Assembly (NCBI RefSeq): GCF_009914755.1
Contig: NC_060930.1
From: the human T2T-CHM13v2.0 reference genome, Homo sapiens
Reading direction: 5' to 3' (one strand)
DNA: 64,000 bases
Both the position numbers and the translations under genes were made by a program. Of this stretch, positions 1-19,546 are shown piece after piece. Each line of letters starts with the position of its first letter. The first letter of the stretch is position 1. Under the pieces are notes generated by a model. The model did not search any database and had not been told where the DNA came from. It worked only from the letters and a program-made list of their open reading frames with translations.

Positions 1-443
1 CACAGAGATGCTAAAGTTTGAGGTCTAAGTGTCAGAGAGAGCTGACAATTTTTATGAGCAAAGTGAACAACAACAGGTGTTTATCAGTACCTGAGAATTA
101 TCATCTAGTTTAATTAAGCAAAGGTATCAGGAGGTCTGTTTCAGCTCATTCCCTTTAGTATGGCCCTAAAAAATCAACAGAACTGTCCTACTTCATGTTG
201 CCCGACTAGCAGGCAGGTATGTGAACCTAAAGTAGAAGTCCTAGCTTACATATTATTCATAATTAAACACAGTTCATTTTATTATTCTGGCAACTAGTGA
301 TATTTCATGATTATAGGCCTTAAAAATCTAATACAAGTACAATTAAAAAAAGACATAGAATGCTTACACAATACAGAAGGCACTTTGAGGTTACATGATA
401 AATAAAAATACATTAATAGAGGCAGGATTATTTATTGGTTCCT
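1..443 (-). other. SLC17A5: SLC17A5 3' UTR (proximal part, probably continuing beyond the window edge)
   Basis: Unique AT-rich sequence after the stop codon; AATAAA at 436-431 and 283-278. Confidence 0.85.
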
Positions 444-581
<138 letters not shown>

Positions 582-659
582 CTATAAAGGAAGACAAAAA
601 ATGCAAGTGAAATAAAATTTTGTGTGTAGTTCACTTCATTAAAAAGATAGTGTCACAAG

Positions 660-1485
<826 letters not shown>

Positions 1486-1907
1486 GAAGATAGATAGATA
1501 TACTTCAATAAAAAGTGTACTGGCATGTCCCTGAATCATGCCTAACACTAACTAACACTAAGAAAGTCTTATGCCTGTGCACGGTCTCCTGGGTTCTCAG
1601 GTGAAAGGTGTCAGGTGGATCAAGTAAATACTGTTAAGATGAACTCAAGTTCAGCTTTGAGGATCTGTGACATCAGAGAGAGGCCTGGCAAGTATAAAAG
1701 ATCTTGAATGGCATACAAAGCAGGATATAACATGGGATCTGTCAGTAAGACAACTGTTCAGTGTATAACCCTGTGGCATAAAAATATCAGACAGTTATCT
1801 AAATTTCTGGGTCATGTGACTACCTTTAACAACCATTTTTTGGATTTTTTCAATTTCAGTCTAACCAGAGTGGTGACTACATTTGCAGCATTAACTAAGA
1901 AACACAC

Positions 1908-3170
<1,263 letters not shown>

Positions 3171-3648
3171 GCAGTAGAACTAGCAATGAGGAAGTGAAAG
3201 AGAAGGCACTGGGAAGCCAGTATGAGGTCATTTATTTGGGAAAAAAGGAGAAACATGAAGAAAGAAACACCCTGTGGTGGCTATACTTGTCTGAGATGAG
3301 TGCAGTTTAGTGAAAAAAAATCTTAGATACTCATCTTAAATTCTGCTGAGGAATCAGTCAATAATTACATCTTATACCAGAAAGAAATGTTTGAAACAGC
3401 TTCTTAGGATTACTAAGACAAAGCTGCCCTGTGTGGTCTCTGGGACAAAATAATACTTCAGTGTTATCTGAAGGCAATGAGTGAACTTAAAATCAATCGT
3501 TGTACTACAAGTCTCACATAGCTCCTAGTTGGTTTTTTAACAAAAATTCCACCAGTTTTTAGAGAATACTGTTTTGTTTATAACAACATTGAACCTCAGA
3601 CACACTTTGAATTTTAATTATTGCATTATTTATTTATATGCTGACTCA

Positions 3649-4023
<375 letters not shown>

Positions 4024-4166
4024 TTAAAAATAATATACTTTAGAGTTTTATTTGGCCGGGTGCAGTGGCTCACTCCTGTAATCCCAGCACTTTGGGAGGC
4101 CGAGATGGGCGGATCACCTGAGTTCCAAACCAGCCTGACCAACATGGAGAAGCTCCGTCTCTATTA

Positions 4167-4523
<357 letters not shown>

Positions 4524-5375
4524 TTATTTTGTTTATTTTTTTATTTTTATTTTTTATTTATTTTATTTTTTTGAGACAGGGTCTCCCGCTCTCACCCAGG
4601 CTGGAGTGCAGAGGCATGATCATAGCTCACTGCAGCCTCAAAACCCTGGGCTTATGCATCCACCTGCCTCAGCCTCCTAAGTAGCTGGGACTACAGGTAC
4701 AAACCACACCCAGCTAAAACAGTGATATCCTTTTAATAGCATTAAACAAATGCTGTAACATATCCCAAATCAAGCGCAGTTCCCACTTGTAAACATACAA
4801 GACTGTAATTCAGGAATCCATATTTCCCTAGCAGAAGTGCTGGCATTATCAGTAAGTGAAATGAACACATGGTAGTGAGCTGACTTAGGTTCTGGTGTTG
4901 CCACCCTGCTCCATGAGGACAAGGTTAAACATTTTGGACATGTCCATATTGAGACACAGAACTTTAGAAAAAGCATTTCTACAACATTCCTTTTTATTAA
5001 GTGAGAGGAAATAGTAACAGGTACCGTGTCACTTAAGGAATTAGAAATGGTAGATGTGGAGAAGAAGTAGGAACACTATCTGTCGGATATATGTCTGAAA
5101 TCAGTATATTTGGTAATAAGAAAGTCTGTAAGTATGTCCTGAAATTCTTTTTTTTTTTTGAGACGGAGTCTTGCTCTGTTGCCAGACTGGAGTGCAGTGG
5201 TGATGTTGGCTTACTGCAACCTCCGCCTCCTGGGTTTGAGCGATTCTTGTGCCTCAGCCTCCTGAGTAGCTGGGACTACAGGCACCTGCCACCACACCGG
5301 CTAATTTTTGTATTTTTAGTAGAGACGGGGTTTCACCATGTTGGTGAGGCTGGTATTGAACTCCTGACCTCGTGA

Positions 5376-5486
<111 letters not shown>

Positions 5487-5683
5487 TGACTTAGTTCAAT
5501 TGTTTTGTCTAAAATCCAAAAACTGTTCTTTGAAAATATACTTTCCCATCCATTAAGGCATTTAGCTTTTTGTTGCTAAAAAGAATTTCATAAGAACATT
5601 TAGAATTTTAAACTTAATTAAAATACACTGAACTTTGACACAGATGTGCAGCTCCAAAACCTTTCCAGTTTACAAGTAAATTA

Positions 5684-5797
<114 letters not shown>

Positions 5798-6292
5798 TCA
5801 TAGACGTTTATTATTGTGATACACATTTAAACAGCTTCATTCTTTCCTTCTTTTTTTTTTTTTTTTTGAGACAGAGTCTCACTCTGTGGCCCAGGCTTGA
5901 GGGCAGTGGGATGATCTCAGCTCACTGCAGCCTCTGCCTCCCGGGTTCAAGCATGCCTTAGCCTCCTGAGTAGCGGGGACTACAGGCATCCACCATCATG
6001 CTGGGCTAGTTTTGTATTTTTAGTAGAGCCGGTGTCTCACCATGTTGGCCAGGCTGCTCTCGAGCTCCTGACCTCAAGTGATCTGCCTGCCTCGGCCTCC
6101 CAAAGTGCTGGGATTTCAAGTATGAGCCACAGCGCCTGGCTGCTTCTTTCAATAGACAGCTATTCTGCTCCAGGTTGTGTTCTTGTGAAATTTTATGTCT
6201 AAATAAAATGTCTTATTGCAATGGGATTTTATATTCAGCTGGTGAAAAACTTGCATTTCAATAGTTAAGTAGCATTTTAACATTAACATTAG

Positions 6293-8218
6293 GCCCGGCC
6301 GCCACCCCGTCTGGGAAGTGAGGAGCGTCTCTGCCTGGCCGCCCATCGTCTGGGAAGTGAGGAGACCCTCTGCCTGGATGCCCAGTCTGGAAAGTGAGGA
6401 GCGTCTCTGCCCGGCCGCCATCCCATCTAGGAAGTGAGGAGCGCCTCTTCCCGGCAGCCATCCCATCTGGGAAGTGAGGAGCGTCTCTGCCCGGCCGCCC
6501 ATCGTCTGAGATGTGGGGAGCGCCTCTGCCCCGCCGCCCCGTCTGGGATGTGAGGAGCGCCTCTGCCTGGCCCCGACCCCGTCTGGGAGGTGAGGAGCGT
6601 CTCTGCCCAGCCGCCCCGTCTGAGAAGTGAGGAGCCCCTCCGCCCGGCAGCCGCCCCGTCTGAGAAGTGAGGAGCCCCTCTGCCCGGCAGCCACCCCGTC
6701 TGGGAAGTGAGGAGCGTCTCCGCCCGGCAGCCGCCCCGTCCGGGAGGGAGGTGGGGGGGTCAGCCCCGCGCCCGGCCAGCCGCCCCGTCCGGGAGGGAGG
6801 TGGGGGGGTCAGCACCCCGCCTGGCCAGCCGCCCCGTCCGGGAGGGAGGTGGGGGGGGTCAGCCCCCCGCCCGGCCAGCCACCCCGTCCGGGAGGTGAGG
6901 GGCGCCTCTGCCCAGCCGCCCCTACTGGGAAGTGAGGAGCCCCTCTGCCGGGCCAGCCACCCCGTCCGGGAGGGAGGTGGGGGGCTCAGCCCCCCGCCCG
7001 GCCAGCCGCCCCGTCCGGGAGGGAGGTGGGGGGGGTCAGCACCCCGCCTGGCCAGCCACCCCGTCCGGGAGGGAGGTGGGGGGGTCAGCCCCCCGCCCGG
7101 CCAGCCGCCCCGTCCGGGAGGGAGGTGGGGGGGTCAGCCCCCCGCCCGGCCAGCCACCCCGTCCGGGAGGTGAGGGGCGCCTCTGCCTGGCCGCCCCTAC
7201 TGGGAAGTGAGGAGCCCTGCTGCCCGGCCAGCCGCCCCGTCCGGGAGGGAGGTGGGGGGGGTCAGCCCCCCGCCCAGCCAGACGCCCCGTCCAGGAGGGA
7301 GGTGGGGGGGTCAGCCCCCCGCCCGGCCAGCCGCCCCGTCCGGGAGGTGAGGGGCGCCTCTGCCCGGCCGCCCCTACTGGGAAGTGAGGAGCCCCTCTGC
7401 CCGGCCAGCCGCTCCGTCCGGGAGGGAGGTGGGGGGGTCAGCCCCCTGCCCGGCCAGCCGCCCCGTCCGGGAGGTGAGGGGCGCCTCTGCCCGGCCGCCC
7501 CTACTGAGAAGTGAGGAGCCCCTCTGCCCGGCCAGCCGCTCCGTCCGGGAGGGAGGTGGGGGGGTCAGCCCCCTGCCCGGCCAGCCGCCCCGTCCGGGAG
7601 GTGAGGGGCGCCTCTGCCCGGCCGCCCCTACTGGGAAGTGAGGAGCCCCTCTGCCCGGCCACCACCCCGTCTGGGAGGTGTACCCAACAGCTCATTGAGA
7701 ACGGGCTGGGATGACAATGGCGGTTTTGTGGAATAGAAAGGGGGGAAAGGTGGGGAAAAGATTGAGAAATCGGATGGTTGCCGTGTCTGTGTAGAAAGAA
7801 GTAGACATGGGAGACTTTTCATTTTGTTCTGTACTAAGATACATTCTTCTGCCTTGGGATCCTGTTGATCGGTGACCTTACCCCCAACCCTGTGCTCTCT
7901 GAAACATGTGCTGTGTCCACTCAGGGTTAAATGGATTAAGGGAGGTGCAAGATGTGCTTTGTTAAACAGATGCTTGAAGGCAGCATGCTCGTTAAGAATC
8001 ATCACCACTCCCTAATCTCAAGTACCCAGGGACACAAACACTGCGGAAGGCCGCAGGGTCCTCTGCCTAGGAAAACCAGAGACCTTTGTTCACTTGTTTA
8101 TCTGCTGACCTTCCCTCCACTATTGTCCTATGACCCTGCCAAATCCCCCTCTGTGAGAAACACCCAAGAATGATCAATAAAAAAAAAAAAATTAACAACA
8201 ACAACAACAACAACAAAA
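6293..8218 (+). mobile_element. SVA retrotransposon, 5'-truncated (VNTR ~6293-7675, SINE-R ~7676-8180, A/AAC tail), antisense to SLC17A5 in intron 9
   Basis: GC-rich VNTR units (GGGAAGTGAGGAGC..., GGGGGTCAGCCCCC); HERV-K-derived SINE-R ending GATCAATAAA; 14-bp TSD AACATTAACATTAG at 6279-6292 and 8219-8232 after TTTT. Confidence 0.97.
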
Positions 8219-8237
8219 AACATTAACATTAGAGGAA

Positions 8238-8692
<455 letters not shown>

Positions 8693-8780
8693 TTAATTTT
8701 TGAAAATTAATACGAAAAAAGAAAAAAATAATGAAGTAAAATTACCTATAATTCTTCCCCATAGAGATGATCAACATTAA

Positions 8781-9116
<336 letters not shown>

Positions 9117-10745
9117 TGAGCCACTGCACCTGGCCCGATAATTCATTTTTAAAATTGCTGCCTCTTTTTTTTTTTTTTTTGAGACAGAGTTTCACTCTTG
9201 TTGCCCAGACTGGAGTGCAATGGTGTGATCTTGGCTCATTACAACTTCCACCTCCCCAGTTCAAGTGATTCTCCTTCCTCAGCCTCCTGAGTAGCTGGGA
9301 TTACAGGCATGCACCACCATACCTGGGTAATTTTGTATTTTTAGTAGAAACGGGGTTTCACCACGTTGGTTAGGCTGGTCTCAAACTCCTGACCTCAGGT
9401 GATCCACCTGCCCCAGCCTCCCATAGTGCTGGGATTACAGGAGCGAGCCACTGCGCCTGGCCTAAAATTGCTGTCCCTTTACCAGGATGTTTGTCCTGTA
9501 TATATTCATGAATTCTGGACTTTGAAGATTGTATCTCTTAGGTATCATTTCACATAATCTTATACCTCCTGTATTTCCTGTACACTGATAGTTTCTAGAC
9601 TCTAGATCCTAGGGGGTTCATTAGATTTAGGTTTAATGTTTTTGGTAAAAAACAAAAACAAAAACAAAAAACAAAAAAAAAAACACTTAAAGGAGAAGGA
9701 GGAGTTCAGTTAAAAAAAGTGCTGCTTAACTAATTCAGTTATGTATAAAGATCACAAAGTTTTATGTTCAAAACTTGTGCATACACACAGCACTATAACA
9801 AAACCATGAAGTACAGATCTTTTTGGCTCATCCCCTTTAGGGGTGTATCTAAATTAACCAAGCTTGGCAGAGCCTCTCTTTTTTTTTTTTCTTTTTAAAC
9901 CATTAACACCTTGGCAGTAAGAGGAGTCAACTGCAATGTTGCCAGCCTTTCCAGTGACAGATATTAAGTGCAGACGAATGCCATGAAATTCTAAATGTCA
10001 GCAACAAGAAGCTCATTCAAGTACTTATATTTCACTTGGCCAGGACAGGCCATGAAAGATTGATGACCACTTGGAAGAAAACAAGTTGTATGGACTCAGT
10101 CTGGATTCTGTGCTGTTGGAGTACTATTGGAATTAATAGCTGAAAATCTATCTAATTCCCATGAATTCGGGCAACAAAATTACCATAGAAAAATCTCTAT
10201 TTTGGGGCCGGGTGTGGTGGTGCATGCCTGTAATCCCAGCATTTTGGGAGGCTGAGGTGGGAGAATTGCTTGAGTCCAGGAGTTTGAGACTAGCCTGGGC
10301 AACATGGTGAAACCCTCTCTCTACAAAAACTAAAAAAACACACAAAATTAGCTGGGTGTGTTGGCTCAGGCTGTAGACCCGCTCGCTACTCAGGAGGCTG
10401 AGGTGGAGGATTGCAGGAGGATTGCTTGCGACTGCAGTGAGCCGTGGTCTTGCTGCTGTACTCCAGCCTGGGCGACAGGGTGTGACTCTGCCTCAAAAGA
10501 TAATAAATACATTGATAACATAAAATCTCTATTTCAGTCTATAGAAGTAAAGGCCTATAAAATCCAAGTACACATTTATATGTTAATAGGAATATTATTT
10601 ATTGGAAAACCTTGTATCTGTTTACTGACTATGTATTGGAAAACCTGATATCAGACATGTTTATAAGGGTTTTATATATCATATTATATCATTTTAATTA
10701 TAAAATCAACCCCATGAGGAAGGATTATCTTCATTTTATTTTTAA

Positions 10746-10922
<177 letters not shown>

Positions 10923-11372
10923 TAAAATGTCACCCAATTTGTCTGATTCTGAATCAGTACTTAATATTATAATGTTATAATCTACAATGCTACCTTGTTA
11001 AAAAAAACAAAACACAGTAATCACTGAACCCAATCTGTAGGAAAGATAAATTTTCTCATGCTTCATTTTTCACCACAAGCCCTGGTGTTGAACTTGTTTA
11101 TGGCTTGTTTATGGTCCTCAAGTGCCTCTGTTTTAACTAGTAGCGTATTACACTGAATGGGCCCTCAGTTGTTACCACAACAAAAAGCAACTATGAAAAA
11201 CCTAAGATATGTAATCCCCAATAAGATATGTAGCCAAGACTCCTGCAACTAGAAATAACTGATGTGCTTTGAATGAAGAAATTCCAGTTGGAAAAGAAAA
11301 ACTAAAAAGCTCATCTGAAGAGCTGAATCAAAATATAAGAAAGTTATCCTTTGAGCTAGAACTGCAAAGTTT

Positions 11373-11374
<2 letters not shown>

Positions 11375-11414
<40 letters not shown>
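11375..11414. repeat. (AC)20 microsatellite
   Basis: Perfect dinucleotide run. Confidence 0.97.
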
Positions 11415-11417
<3 letters not shown>

Positions 11418-11562
11418 GGGAGATAAATAATTTTGACTTTGGGCTGGGCATGGTGGCTCACGCCTGTAATCCTAGCACTTTGGGAGGTTGAGGCTGGCGG
11501 ATCACCTGAGGTCGGGAGTTTGAGACCAGCATGACCAACATGGAGAAACTCCCTCTCTACTA

Positions 11563-11780
<218 letters not shown>

Positions 11781-13146
11781 TTATTTATTTATTTATTTAA
11801 TTTTTTGAGACTGAGTCTCACTCTGCAGCCCAGGCTGGAGTGCAGTAGCACAATCTCTGCTCACTGCAACCTCCAACTCCTGGGTTCAAGCAATTCTCAT
11901 GCCTCAGCCTCCTGAGTCAGTGGGATTATAGTCGCCCGCCACCACACCTGGTTAATTTTTGTATTTTTAGTAGAGATGGGGTTTCACCATGTTGGTCAGG
12001 CTGGTCTGGAGCTCCTAACCTCAAACGATCCAACCGCCTCAGCCTCCCAAAGTGCTGGGATTACAGGCATGAGCCACCTCACCGGGCCTACTTACATTTG
12101 GAATAGTTGTGTCTCAGTCAGCTGAGAACCAGTACAGCAGTCCTCATTATCTGAGGCACAAAGGCACTTGCTTACCATCCTCCCAACTGCTACAACTATT
12201 TGCTGGCATCATTTATGTTACTAAACCTGTTTAGCTTCTTATGATATCTAGATAAATGTCTTTTTCGGCTTATAAGACTCATAAAATTTCAGGGTTGGAC
12301 CTGGGTCTTTAAGATGTAGACTTCAACCACCCACCTGATGCTTGAAGCTCAGGCACAGGATCCCCCTGCTGCCTGTCCAGCATTATACTTCATGACATGA
12401 CCCACCATCATCCAGGCCAGCTTAAGCTTATACAGATGCCAGCAGGAATCATGTTACTTTCATGTTTGTGTCTTCAACATCTGGTACAGTGCCTGGCACA
12501 GTGTTTCTCAAATGACTAGATCCGTTAATGAGCATGCTATTACACTGAAATTTAGTAGTGACAAATTTATCTAATTGTACATCCAATTCATCTTTCTCCA
12601 CCTTGTCCAAAACGGCATCTATCATAGGAGGCCTGGCTGAAGTCCTGACATATCAAATCTACTATATTTTCTTTATTCTATTAGGCTAAAAATTATGTTG
12701 AGAAGTTAGACTGTTTTGCCATTTTGGCTCTTAGTGACCCAATGGTGGCTCTTTAGTGGTCAGCATTTTCCTTTCTGAAAGCACACCAATCATCACTTTA
12801 ATATTTTACTTGGATTGATCTGTGACCCTGGTCACCACACCTGACTCAAAGTTAGCCAGAAAATAATTACATCTATTGCATTATATGCAAATACCTTTAT
12901 TGCATTATGAGCAAAGTGTTCTGTGCGTGTTCTATTTAATCTTCACAACGATCTTATAAGGTAGGTACCATGGATATTTGGTTTTCTTTTTCTTCAGCAT
13001 CTATTTTCATCTTTTGACAATAGCACTATTTTTTTTTTTTTTTTGAGATGGAGTTTCACTCTTGTCACCCAGGCTAGAGTGCAATTGCTCACTGCAACCT
13101 CCACCTCCCAGGTTCAAGTGATTTTCTGCCTCATCCTTCCAAGTAG

Positions 13147-13338
<192 letters not shown>

Positions 13339-13543
13339 TGATCCAATTTTCTTTCATTGCTAGTTCAAGAGAGCAGGGGGGGCCCTCATCAGATTCCAGA
13401 GATTCTAATAAGACTTCAGGAACCTGATGAATCCTAAGCTACCTTTCAGATTTATTAAATGGTGTGGGTGACTTACCACCTTCTGGCTGGATGGCTGCTG
13501 AACCAATTTTATGTTCCTTATAATTTTTTTTTTTTTTTTTTGA

Positions 13544-13687
<144 letters not shown>

Positions 13688-13949
13688 TAATTTTTGTATT
13701 TTTAGTAGAGATGGGGTTTCACCATGTTGGCCAGGCTGATCTCGAACTCCTGACCTCAGGTGATCCACCCGCCTCAGCCTCCCAAAGTGTTGGGATTACA
13801 GGCGTGAACTACCGTGCCCGGCTCAAAATGACTCATGTTTATTTACATCTTCATGTGTTATAATGGATGTTACCGATGGATTCCTCAGCATCCATTCCCA
13901 CTCCCCACCCCCATCTGTGTAGCAATAGTGATGTCTGAGGGGCACTGAC

Positions 13950-14390
13950 CCTTTGACTTCTAACTTTTGGGGTAGGTGCTGATTGTCCTAAAGTCACATG
14001 ATATTCTCTTGGCCATTGGGGTTGGTTCATGTGACTCAGTTTGGGTCAACCAAAATGAAGCCCAGGACTTATTTCCATGGTGGAGAGAGGAAAAGATCCT
14101 TTTCTTTCTGCTTGATGTGAATGAAGAAGCATGTAGTCCTGATTGTTGCTGGCAATCATTTCATTGTGTGATTTTATAAGCAGACCCAGTCTTAGGACAA
14201 AACTACTACTGTAAAAGACAGAGAGTGAGAAAGAAACAATCTGTGGTGATATTAGTAGGCAGCTGGATATCAACTCTTGCCTGAAGCCTATTATTTCTGG
14301 ATACAATTAAGTGAATCAATAGATTATGCTGTTTAGCCCAGTTTAAATTAGAATTTCTATACTTCAACTAAAAACATCCTAAGCGATAAC
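13950..14390 (+). mobile_element. MLT1 (MaLR) LTR remnant
   Basis: GGCCATTGG..CATGTGACTCAG and a 3' end AACTAAAAACATCCTAA..ATAACA typical of MLT1J/K. Confidence 0.5.
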
Positions 14391-15559
14391 ATAGCCTAGA
14401 ACTATTTCTTGCCAAAACTCTCAATTCCCATATCCCTTTGACTATTCGTCAACCCTAGGCTTGACAAAACCTCAAGTCTTGGCCAGGTGCTGTGGCCCAC
14501 GCCTGTAATCCTAGCACTTCGGGGGGCTGAGGCGGGAAGATTACTTGAGGCCAGGAGACTGAGACCACCCTGGGCAAGATAGGGAGACCCCATCTCTACA
14601 AAATATTTTTTGAAAAATTAACCAGGCATGGTGATGTATGCCTGCAGTCCCAGCGACTCAGGAGGCTGAGCAGGAAGGATTACTTGATCCCAGGAGTTCA
14701 AGGCCACAGTGAACTACAGTGGCGTCACTGCACTCTAGCCTGGGTGACAGAGTGCAGCTTATCTTAGAGTATTTATTGAAGAGATAGGAGACTGAGGATT
14801 CATAGAAATCAGAAGATTCTGTAGGAGTCCAGGTGTGAAGATTTTGAGGTAGTGAAAAGAGGGTAAGAGTCCATCTGTCTTTTCTCCAAAATAAATTTAT
14901 ATCTATTATTTTTACAAATAAAGTGTATTAAAACTTTTGGGTTAAAATATTTACATAGCTCCCTTATTTACCTTGTCAGCTGGCACAAAATGGTTTTAGA
15001 AGTATGTGGCTCAAAGAATATTTCCAGAGAGGTAGCTGTAGAAAGAATTTTGGGCTTAAAAGTAAAAATTTTAGGTTCAAGTTTTGGCTCTATCATTTAT
15101 TATATTAGCTGTGTGCTGCAAGATAAATCACTTAACTTCTCTTAAGTTTCTTTAGCGTTCAAATAGGGCAAAAATACTTACTTCAAAGGAATGCTTTAAG
15201 GGTAAAATGGATAGTGTTTATGAAAGTGATGTGTAAACTATCAAGGGCTACACAAATATATTTGCACATAGGTAATATAGTTAGACAAATCAATTGGGTC
15301 TACTCTTTCACATTCATTCATCTGACAAAATGCCTACTACATGCCAAGTGCCATGGAGAGCCCTGAGGACAATAAGGGAGTTTCTGCCTTCACAGAGTTC
15401 CTAGTCTAGTTGGGTGAACAGACACAGTAATGAGTTATTGCAATGTTCTAATGAGAGCACTGTGGACAGAGGTGATGATAGTTAAAAGTTTAAATTTAAA
15501 AACAACTTCCTGCTTTAATTATTGTGTAAATTAAAATCCTGTTAAAAATTTAAAGTCAT

Positions 15560-15904
<345 letters not shown>

Positions 15905-16145
15905 TAAGTAGCTGGGATTACAGGTGCCCGCCATCATGCCTGGCTAATTTTTGTATTTTTAGTAGAGATAGGGCTTCGCCATGTTGGCCAGGCTGGTCTC
16001 AAACTCCTGACCTCAGGTTATCTGCCTGCCTTGGCCTCCCAAAGTGCTGGGATTACAGGTGTGAGTCACCGCCTCTGGCCTTTTATCAGGATTTTTAAAA
16101 ATATAATTTAAAGTCAATCACAGCAAATCTTTATATTAGTACTCA

Positions 16146-16328
<183 letters not shown>

Positions 16329-16945
16329 CTAGCATTAATATTTGCTCTACCTTAATATGGTATAAATCTGAAATTTGAAATTGCTGCCACCTACTGTAGA
16401 AACACTATATTGCCAGGAAGACTAACAAATTTCATGAGAAAAAAAAATGCTGGAAAACATGGGCGTAATACAACTAATATACTATAAAAGGAAAATCTCA
16501 TTATGCAATGTTATTAAATCTACATGTGGCCAAAACTCAGCTAAAATTCCATGGTGTTAGAGAAGAACAAGACAAGAACAACTTAAAAATATGTTTCTAG
16601 AGAGAAGCAATAGCTGACACAGAATGTGGTTTAAAATACATATAACCAAAGGAGATAAACTGAATAATAAACTCTGTTGGATGAGGTTAGAATAATACTC
16701 CATCTTGCCTGGGTGTGGCAGCTCACACCTGTAATCCCAGCACGTTAGGAGGCTGAGGCGGGAGAATCACTTGAGGCCAGGAGTTTGAGGCCAGCCTGGG
16801 CAACACAGCAAGACCCTGTCTCTACGAAATATTAAAAACAAAATTCGCCAGGCATGGTGGTGCACACCTGTAGTCCTGGCTGCTCAGGAGGCTGAGGTGG
16901 GAGGATTGCTTGAGCCCAGAAGTTCAAGGTTACAGTGAGCTATGA

Positions 16946-17149
<204 letters not shown>

Positions 17150-17548
17150 TGAATAGCTGGAATTACAGGCCTGGGCCACCACACCCAGCTAATTTTTGTA
17201 TTTTTAGTAGAGATGGGGTTTCGCCATGTTGGCCAGGCCGTTCTCGAACTCCTGACCTCAAGCGATCCACCCACCTTGCCTCCCAAAGTGCTGGGATTAC
17301 AGGTGTGAGCCACCATGCCCGGCCTTGGTTTTTTTTTTTTCTGCCCCACCTAATATGCAGGAATCCTCCCTATTATTAACAACTGATAAGAATACACATT
17401 GGTCATTACAGGCAGTTAAGCGTAAAATATGAGAAGAGACTTAATGAGTGGGCTGTCAGTTTTTCTGTGTCTACAGCAGTGCTATCCAATAGCTCTCTGT
17501 GATGATGGAAATGTTGTATTTGTATATACTGCAACTGAGGAACTTTAA

Positions 17549-17704
<156 letters not shown>

Positions 17705-17739
17705 TAGCTGGGACTACAGGTGCACACCACCATGTCTGA

Positions 17740-18031
<292 letters not shown>

Positions 18032-18364
18032 TGAATAGCTGGGACAGCCACACACCACCACGCCAAGCTAATCTTTGTATTAGAGATGGGGTTTCACCAT
18101 GTTGGCCAGCCTGGTTTTGAGCTCCTGACCTCAAGTATCTGCCTGCCTCCGCCTCTGCCTCCCAAAGTGCTGGGATTACAGGCAACAGCCACTGAGCCCA
18201 GCCAGGGTCTTTTTATAATGTAATTACTGAAGTATAGTCACTGAGACTTCCAGGGTCTCTACTGGAGACTTTTAAAAAGTTAAATGATTGTCTTAGACAG
18301 TTTTATTTTTATGTACATTTTTTTCTAACTATTTTTAGAGATAGGGTATTGCTCTGTTGCCTAG

Positions 18365-18487
<123 letters not shown>

Positions 18488-18489
18488 TA

Positions 18490-18639
<150 letters not shown>

Positions 18640-19048
18640 TCAAAAATAATTAGCTGGGTGCTGTGGCGTGACCTGTAGTCCCAGCTGCTCAGGAGACTGA
18701 GGTGGGAGAATTACTTGAGCCTAGAAGGTTGAGGCTGCAGTGAGCCATGGTTGTCCATCTTGGCCAACGGAGCAAGACCCTGTCTCAAAAAAAAAAATTA
18801 CCTTTCTGAAAGCAGAGTCTGAAACACATGATTATTTATGGGTTCTTTGAGTTCTTTGATTTATAGCTCCTTATTTGATATAATAATGCTAGTAAATATT
18901 TTTGGATTGAAACTTAAAATGCATTCACTTAGAAAAGGGATGGAGGCTTAAAAATACTTTGATTACATCTTGTCTAAAGTTGATATAAAAATCTTCATTG
19001 CAAAGTCTGAGCTGAAAGCACAGTGATATATAAAATTGTGAGGGATGA

Positions 19049-19385
<337 letters not shown>

Positions 19386-19546
19386 TAAGCCACTGCGCCC
19401 AGTGAATATTATAAATCTTAATCCTCAAAATGTATGATTCAAAAAGAAACATATTGTAAAGAAATGCACTTAAATGCATCATAGTGTTTTGTTATGTGAA
19501 CAAAATAAAAGACTAATATTATCATTTTTATTTTGTCTTGAACTGT

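Noticed and set aside
6720-7660. Regular repeats with variable spacers that superficially resemble CRISPR
   Set aside because: Human SVA VNTR; the spacers are themselves repeats and there are no cas genes
6149-8173. Cluster of long overlapping Pro/Gly/Arg-rich ORFs (up to 185 aa)
   Set aside because: Stop-poor translations of the SVA VNTR and SINE-R; not genes
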